NCBI GenBank assembly: GCA_963706025.1
Contig: CAVPLM010000020.1
Coordinates: forward strand, 1-64,000
Reading direction: 5' to 3'
DNA from: an uncultured Actinomycetes bacterium
Lineage (GTDB): Bacteria; Actinomycetota; Thermoleophilia; RBG-16-64-13
Length of the DNA stretch: 64,000 nucleotides
The translations under genes were made by a program, and so were the position numbers. How positions within the stretch are numbered: position 1 is the stretch's first letter; each line of letters starts with the position of its first letter. Shown here one piece after another: positions 58,573 to 64,000 of the stretch. Under the pieces are notes generated by a model, which saw only the letters and a program-made list of their open reading frames with translations, was not told the DNA's origin and searched no databases.

Positions 58573-60414
58573 ATGTATACCAAGATCCTCAAACCCGAGA
58601 TCATGTCCACCCTGCTCCCCAAAGGCTTCCCGGCCGACAAGCTGAGCAAGCCCCAGTACAAGACGGTCGTGGAGAGAGACGTCATGGTCACCATGCGCGA
58701 CGGAGTGCGGGTGGCCTGCGACATCTTCCGCCCCGAGGCGCCGGGGGAGTTTCCGGCGCTCTACGCCACCAGCGCCTACCAGAAAGACCTCGAGTATCTG
58801 CCCCAGTGGCCCGTCTATCATTTCCGCGAGACCAACGACATCGAGTGGTTCGTCTCCCGGGGCTACGTCTACGTGCATCAGGACATCAGGGGCAGCGGCA
58901 AGTCGGTGGAGGGCGAGTTCCAGCTCTTCAGCCGGGAGGAACAGAACGACCTCTACGACATGGTGGAATGGATCGCGGGTCGGCCCTGGTGTACCGGTAA
59001 GGTGGGGATGATAGGGGAATCGCTGCTCGCGTGGGTGCAGTGGTTCACCGCCGCAATGCAGCCACCTCACCTTTGCTGCATAGCCCCTTTCGACGCCGGG
59101 GCCGACATGTACCGCGACGTGGCCTTCCACGGCGGCATCATGGCCCTGGGCTTCCCCGCCAACTGGTGGACGGCGGAGATCCGGGCCAACTACCGGCTGG
59201 GTAAGTACGGCCCGTCTCCGGACGTGGGTCGCTGGGACCTTCCCTGGAACGTCATCCACCATCCCACCTGCGACGACTTCTGGAAGGTCAGGAATCCCGA
59301 CTTCACGAAGATCCAGGTGCCGGTCTACAGCATCGGCATCCTGCACAAAGTGGGCATCCACCTCCGGGGCAACATCCGGGGCTACGAGATGGTGACGACC
59401 CCCAAGAAGCTGCTCCTCTGCCACGGGGACTTCGAGGGCGACGAGATGGCCATCTTCAACTCCCGGGAGATGCAGTTGCTGCACCTGCGCTGGTACGACC
59501 ACTGGCTCAAGGGCAACGACACCGGATTCATGGAGGAAGACCCGGTCACGGTGTTCGTGCGCAACCGCGAGGTCTACCGGCCGGAGAAAGAGTGGCCGCT
59601 CCCGCAGACCCGGTACCGGAACCTGTACCTGGCGCCGGGGCCGAGCGGCGCCGTGGGATCGTTGAACGACGGAGCCTTGAGTTGGGCGGCGCCCACGGCC
59701 GCGGCCGCAGGGGGTCCACCCCCGGCTCCGGCCGGCCCTGCAGTCGATGCTGCCGGCAGGCCTCGAACCGCGTGGGCGCCCGAAGACATCATGGCCGCCG
59801 GAGAGACCAAAGCCACAGTGACCCCCGGCTCGACCAGCTACGACTATCCCGACCCCGACTGGTCGCACTTCTCCGGTCTGGGGACGGCGGTCATGGAGGA
59901 TGGGGTGCCGAACCCGGTGCGAAAGATCCTCACCTTCGCCACCGAGCCCCTTACCGAGGACGTGGAGGTGATCGGCAGCATCGTCCTCAACCTCTGGGCC
60001 TCGTCGGATCAGACCGACACCGACTTCTTCGTGCGCCTGACCGACCAGCTGCCCGATGCCGAGCAGATACCGGGCATGGCTCCGCGAGGCCGGATGCTGA
60101 CCCGGGGCTGGCTAAGGGCATCGCACGCCTGCACCAAGGACGAGGCGAAGAGTCTCCCCTATCGGCCCTACTACCGGCACGACGAGCCCAAACCCCTCGA
60201 GCCGAACGAGATCCACGAGTTCCAGATCGAAGTCTGGGCCACCTCATGCTGCTTTCCGAAGGAGCACCGTATCAGGGTGGATCTGGCCTGCTACGACTCG
60301 AACGCCTTCGACTTCGGCGGCCACTACTACGGCCTCAAAGTGGGGCGGGATACCATCTACCACGACCAGGACCATCCGTCGCACCTCGTGCTGCCGGTGA
60401 TCCCGGAGGGGTAG
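58573..60414 (+). CDS. CocE/NonD-family hydrolase, copy 2, with an Ala/Pro-rich insertion
   Basis: Collinear with copy 1 from the first residues (MYTKILKPEIMST); GMIGESLLAW; RBS AAGGAGG. Confidence 0.9.
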   Translation: MYTKILKPEIMSTLLPKGFPADKLSKPQYKTVVERDVMVTMRDGVRVACDIFRPEAPGEFPALYATSAYQKDLEYLPQWPVYHFRETNDIEWFVSRGYVYVHQDIRGSGKSVEGEFQLFSREEQNDLYDMVEWIAGRPWCTGKVGMIGESLLAWVQWFTAAMQPPHLCCIAPFDAGADMYRDVAFHGGIMALGFPANWWTAEIRANYRLGKYGPSPDVGRWDLPWNVIHHPTCDDFWKVRNPDFTKIQVPVYSIGILHKVGIHLRGNIRGYEMVTTPKKLLLCHGDFEGDEMAIFNSREMQLLHLRWYDHWLKGNDTGFMEEDPVTVFVRNREVYRPEKEWPLPQTRYRNLYLAPGPSGAVGSLNDGALSWAAPTAAAAGGPPPAPAGPAVDAAGRPRTAWAPEDIMAAGETKATVTPGSTSYDYPDPDWSHFSGLGTAVMEDGVPNPVRKILTFATEPLTEDVEVIGSIVLNLWASSDQTDTDFFVRLTDQLPDAEQIPGMAPRGRMLTRGWLRASHACTKDEAKSLPYRPYYRHDEPKPLEPNEIHEFQIEVWATSCCFPKEHRIRVDLACYDSNAFDFGGHYYGLKVGRDTIYHDQDHPSHLVLPVIPEG

Positions 60415-60715
60415 CGGTACCGGGGGATCGGGCGGCCGTTCAAGGGCCGACGCCCGCCGGCCGATCCCGTCGGATGGCAGGAGCAGGGCCGCTCGGCGCT
60501 TTGAGCGCAGAGCGGCCCCAACCACTCAGTGGCCGCCCAAGATCAGCGACTGCAAGAGATGGAAGCGCCCCATCACAGCGAAATAGGCTATACTGTCGCA
60601 ACACTATTACAGACTCGGTTGTCCCCCGCGCTCTTTTCCAAGGAATCGATCGGATCAACTGCGTCTACAACCGCAGTGCATCCATCGAGACGCACGGCAA
60701 GGAGCCAAGAACTAC

Positions 60716-61987
60716 ATGAGTTTTGCTGAACTAGGCCTGGAACCAGGTCTTCTGAAGGCTGTACAGAACCTCGGCTACACCGAACCCACCCCCATCCAAG
60801 AGCAGGCCATCCCCCTTGCCCTCGCTGGCCGCGACCTGCTCGGCTGCGCCCAGACCGGCACGGGCAAGACGGCCGCCTTCATCCTCCCCGCCCTACAGCT
60901 GATGGGCAGCCGGTCGCCCGGCGGCGCAGCGGCAGGTAACGATGGTCGCGCCGGCAGCCCCGGTCGCGACGCCGCCCGCCATCCGTCCATCGGCACCTTG
61001 GTGGTCACTCCCACCCGGGAGCTGGCGGGCCAGATCGAAGAGGTGGCCCGTGAATGCGCCAAGTTCACCGGTCAGCGCACCACCGCAGTCTATGGGGGCG
61101 TCGGGTACGAGCCTCAGCTCAAGAAGCTGCGCCGTGGCGTCGACCTTCTGGTGGCCACTCCCGGCCGCCTGCTCGACCTGCAGCAGCGCGGAGATGTCGA
61201 CCTCTCTCAGGTGGAGATCCTGGTCCTCGACGAGGCCGATCGTATGCTCGACATGGGCTTCTGGCCCGATGTGCGCCGCATCATGAACCTGCTGCCGGCC
61301 AAGCGCCAGAACATGCTGTTCTCTGCCACTCTCAACCGGGACGTGATGCGAGTAGCGGGGCCGACGCTTCACGACCCCGCTCGGGTCGAGGTGGCCCCTA
61401 GCGCAACGACTGTCGATACCGTCACCCAGACGATCTACCCGGTAGCCGAGGTCCAGAAGACCGACCTGCTGGTTAGGCTCCTGGAGAAGCACCAGCTCGA
61501 TCGCGTGCTGGTGTTCACCCGCACTAAGCACCGGGCCGACCGGGTATGCCGCCATCTGGAGCGAAGCCGCATCAAGGGCGCAGCCATCCACTCCAACCGC
61601 ACACAATCCCAACGGCAGCGGGCCCTCGACGGCTTCAAGGATGGCACCTATCGGGTGCTGGTGGCCACCGATATCGTGGCCCGGGGCATCGACGTCGACC
61701 GCATCTCGCATGTGATCAACTACGACCTGCCGGCCGTAGCCCAGGACTACGTGCATCGCATCGGCCGCACGGCCAGGGCGGGCGCATCGGGCACCGCCAT
61801 CAGCTTCCTGGCCGCGGAACAGGCCAACGAGCTGCGGGAGATCGAGGTCATGCTCGGCGAGACCCTGCCCTGCATGGACCTGGACGATTTCGCCTACATG
61901 CAGAGACTGGTCCCCAATCCCGAGCGCACGGCCAAGAAGCCCAAACCCAGGCTGGTCTACAACGGCAGCGCCCGGAGACGGCGGTAG
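60716..61987 (+). CDS. DEAD-box RNA helicase (RhlE-like)
   Basis: Q motif [44 protein letters not shown]. Confidence 0.96.
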   Translation: MSFAELGLEPGLLKAVQNLGYTEPTPIQEQAIPLALAGRDLLGCAQTGTGKTAAFILPALQLMGSRSPGGAAAGNDGRAGSPGRDAARHPSIGTLVVTPTRELAGQIEEVARECAKFTGQRTTAVYGGVGYEPQLKKLRRGVDLLVATPGRLLDLQQRGDVDLSQVEILVLDEADRMLDMGFWPDVRRIMNLLPAKRQNMLFSATLNRDVMRVAGPTLHDPARVEVAPSATTVDTVTQTIYPVAEVQKTDLLVRLLEKHQLDRVLVFTRTKHRADRVCRHLERSRIKGAAIHSNRTQSQRQRALDGFKDGTYRVLVATDIVARGIDVDRISHVINYDLPAVAQDYVHRIGRTARAGASGTAISFLAAEQANELREIEVMLGETLPCMDLDDFAYMQRLVPNPERTAKKPKPRLVYNGSARRRR

Positions 61988-62072
61988 GAGCCCGGGGGTA
62001 GGAGCCCAGCTGTAGCAGCAGCCTGCTGCAGGCCGTTCCGCAACAAGCGCCCCTTGCCAGGAGAGGAACGCT

Positions 62073-62984
62073 CTAGGTGGTCAGGCGCCGCAAGGCCTCC
62101 TGGTATTTCTCCCGCGTCTTCTCGACCACGTCGTCGGGCAGCTCGGGAGCGGGAGCTTCCTTGTTCCACCGGATAGCTTCGAGGTAGTCGCGCACGAACT
62201 GCTTGTCGAAGCTGGCCTGGGGCCGGCCGGGCTCATACGACTCGGCAGGCCAGAACCGGGAAGAATCGGGAGTCAAGACCTCGTCGATCAAGATGAGTTC
62301 CCCGTCCGCGGCGCTCCCATCATGCACCAGCCCGAACTCGAACTTGGTGTCGGCGATGATGATACCCCGCTCCAAAGCGTGTTCCGCCGCGAAGCGATAG
62401 AGGGCGAGGCTGGTCTCGCGCACTTTCTCGGCGATGTCCCCGCCCACGAGCGAGGCCGCTTGTTCGAACGATATGTTCTCGTCGTGGCCGGACTGGGCCT
62501 TGGTAGACGGGGTGAAGATCGCCTCCGGCAGCCTGGCGGACTCCTGGAGACCGTCCGGCAGGCGGATACCACACACCGTTCCCAAGTTCTGGTACTCCTT
62601 CCAGCCCGAACCGGAGAGGTATCCGCGCACGATCGCCTCGATGGTCAGGGGTGTGGCGTTACGCACCAGGACCGTCCGCCCTCTCAGTTCCTCGTAGAAC
62701 CAATCCAGTTCCGGGTACCATTGCGGGCCCGGGTCGCCGTCGACGATATGGTTGGCGATAAGGTGCTCCGTCTTCCGGAACCAGAAGTTGGACATCTGGG
62801 TGAGGATCCGGCCCTTGTCCGGCACCGGAGTGGGGAGCACGTGGTCGAAGGCGGAGATGCGATCGCAGGCGACGATGAGCAGGTGCTTTTCGCTGGGCTT
62901 GTAGACATCGCGCACCTTGCCTCGCCTGTAGAGGGGCAGGCCTCGTTCCTGGGATGCGAACATCGCGGTCGGCGTCATGGCCAT
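62073..62984 (-). CDS. purC: phosphoribosylaminoimidazolesuccinocarboxamide (SAICAR) synthase
   Basis: RGKVRDVY, DRISAFD, VRGYLSGSGW, IIADTKFEFG, DEVLTPDSSRFW, FDKQFVRD; RBS GGAGGAGG. Confidence 0.97.
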   Translation of the reverse strand: MAMTPTAMFASQERGLPLYRRGKVRDVYKPSEKHLLIVACDRISAFDHVLPTPVPDKGRILTQMSNFWFRKTEHLIANHIVDGDPGPQWYPELDWFYEELRGRTVLVRNATPLTIEAIVRGYLSGSGWKEYQNLGTVCGIRLPDGLQESARLPEAIFTPSTKAQSGHDENISFEQAASLVGGDIAEKVRETSLALYRFAAEHALERGIIIADTKFEFGLVHDGSAADGELILIDEVLTPDSSRFWPAESYEPGRPQASFDKQFVRDYLEAIRWNKEAPAPELPDDVVEKTREKYQEALRRLTT

Positions 62985-63048
62985 TCCTCCTCCAGGCGTA
63001 CGGCATCGATGGCGGTCATGGTGCCGGCTATTGTAGCCTGGTGTTAGG

Positions 63049-63990
63049 ATGACCGCCATGCACCGCGATGACACCCACCCCGAGGCCACCCCCGAGAAGC
63101 AGGCCGGCGACGAGACCATCGCCGCCCTTCGCGCCAACCGCGACCTCTGGGACGCCTGGACCGAGCTCCACGTCGCCAGCGAGTTCTACGACGTGGAGGG
63201 CTTCAAGGCCGGCCGGGAGACGCTGGACGCCGTCGAGCTCGAAGGGGTGGGCGACGTGCGCGGGAAGTCACTGCTCCACCTGCAGTGCCACTTCGGGCTC
63301 GACACCCTGTCGTGGGCGCGCCGCGGCGCCCGGGTGACCGGGGTCGACTTCTCAGAAAAGGCGGTCGCTCACGCCCGGCGCCTGGCGCGGGAGCTGGCCA
63401 TCGATGCGCGCTTCGTGCAGGCCGACGTCACCGACACTGCCGCTGTGGTCGCGCACCTTGGAAGCGGGCAGTTCGACGTGGTCTTCACCTCGCACGGGAC
63501 CATCTCCTGGCTGCCGGACCTCGCTCCCTGGGCCCGTACCGTGGCGCAGACGCTTCGACCGGGCGGCACGTTCTTCATCGCCGATTCGCATCCCTTCGCC
63601 TGGATGTTCGACGAGACCGCCGAACCCGAGCTCCGCTTCCGCTTCCCCTATTTCGACCAGAGGGCGCTCCGCTGGGAGGAGAAGGGCTCGTACGCCGTCC
63701 CCGACGCCGATCTCGAGAGCGTCTCCTACTCCTGGCAACACACCTTCGAGGAGATCGTAGGCTCGCTGACCGCGGCAGGCCTGTCCATCACGTCGCTCAG
63801 CGAATACCCGTATCTGTTCTGGCGATGGTTCCCGTGGATGGTCAAGGACGATCTGGGAGCCTACCGGCTGCCCGAGGATATTCCGCAGATCCCGCTCATG
63901 TTCTCGTTGACCGCGACCAGAACCGCCGACCCTACAGTGGCTCCCGTTGAGTGCGACGATACGCCGCCCGAGGTCGCTTCGCAGCCATGA
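63049..63990 (+). CDS. class I SAM-dependent methyltransferase
   Basis: LLHLQCHFGLDTLS, VTGVDFS, FDVVFTS.G...WLPDL, LRPGG. Confidence 0.9.
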   Translation: MTAMHRDDTHPEATPEKQAGDETIAALRANRDLWDAWTELHVASEFYDVEGFKAGRETLDAVELEGVGDVRGKSLLHLQCHFGLDTLSWARRGARVTGVDFSEKAVAHARRLARELAIDARFVQADVTDTAAVVAHLGSGQFDVVFTSHGTISWLPDLAPWARTVAQTLRPGGTFFIADSHPFAWMFDETAEPELRFRFPYFDQRALRWEEKGSYAVPDADLESVSYSWQHTFEEIVGSLTAAGLSITSLSEYPYLFWRWFPWMVKDDLGAYRLPEDIPQIPLMFSLTATRTADPTVAPVECDDTPPEVASQP

Positions 63991-64000
63991 CGATCGCGAT

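Overview
The window has two compositionally distinct parts. Bases 1-~3820 are visibly lower in GC and nearly every gene is frameshifted: CoA-transferase A/B, an alpha/beta hydrolase, an Hpt protein and a truncated two-receiver response regulator. This segment abuts, via a tandemly duplicated ~115-bp fragment of a CoA-disulfide-reductase 5' end, ~60 kb of high-GC, largely intact genes. The join is most likely an assembly or long-read chimera. The main segment looks like an anaerobic Actinomycetota (Thermoleophilia-like; inference from SLH proteins, Thr-rich lipoproteins and leaderless starts). It carries a glucan/glucose cluster (GH63, GH13, glucose dehydrogenase, cyclase), an acetylene-hydratase-like Mo/W enzyme, a DUF2089 operon, PadR and MoaF-like genes, rubrerythrin and flavodoxin, a CHASE4-GGDEF-HD-GYP protein behind a sigma28-like promoter, a TIGR00300 protein, housekeeping genes (ppi, dac, trxB, purC, DEAD-box helicase) and three MFS transporters. 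The two best candidates for undescribed systems are (1) wtpABC clustered with four surface-displayed proteins (two lipoproteins, two SLH proteins) carrying five Cys-less sulfite-oxidase-like molybdopterin-binding domains, a possible W/Mo or metallopterin scavenging apparatus, and (2) a TetR-associated cluster with a 4-pyridoxolactonase-like enzyme, two non-oxidative aromatic-acid decarboxylase homologs, two atypical CocE hydrolases and an orphan Tat-lipoprotein binding protein, a possible oxygen-independent pyridoxate/hydroxy-aromatic catabolic route. No rRNA, tRNA, CRISPR array or transposase was recognised. All family calls are from motif recognition by eye, not database searches.
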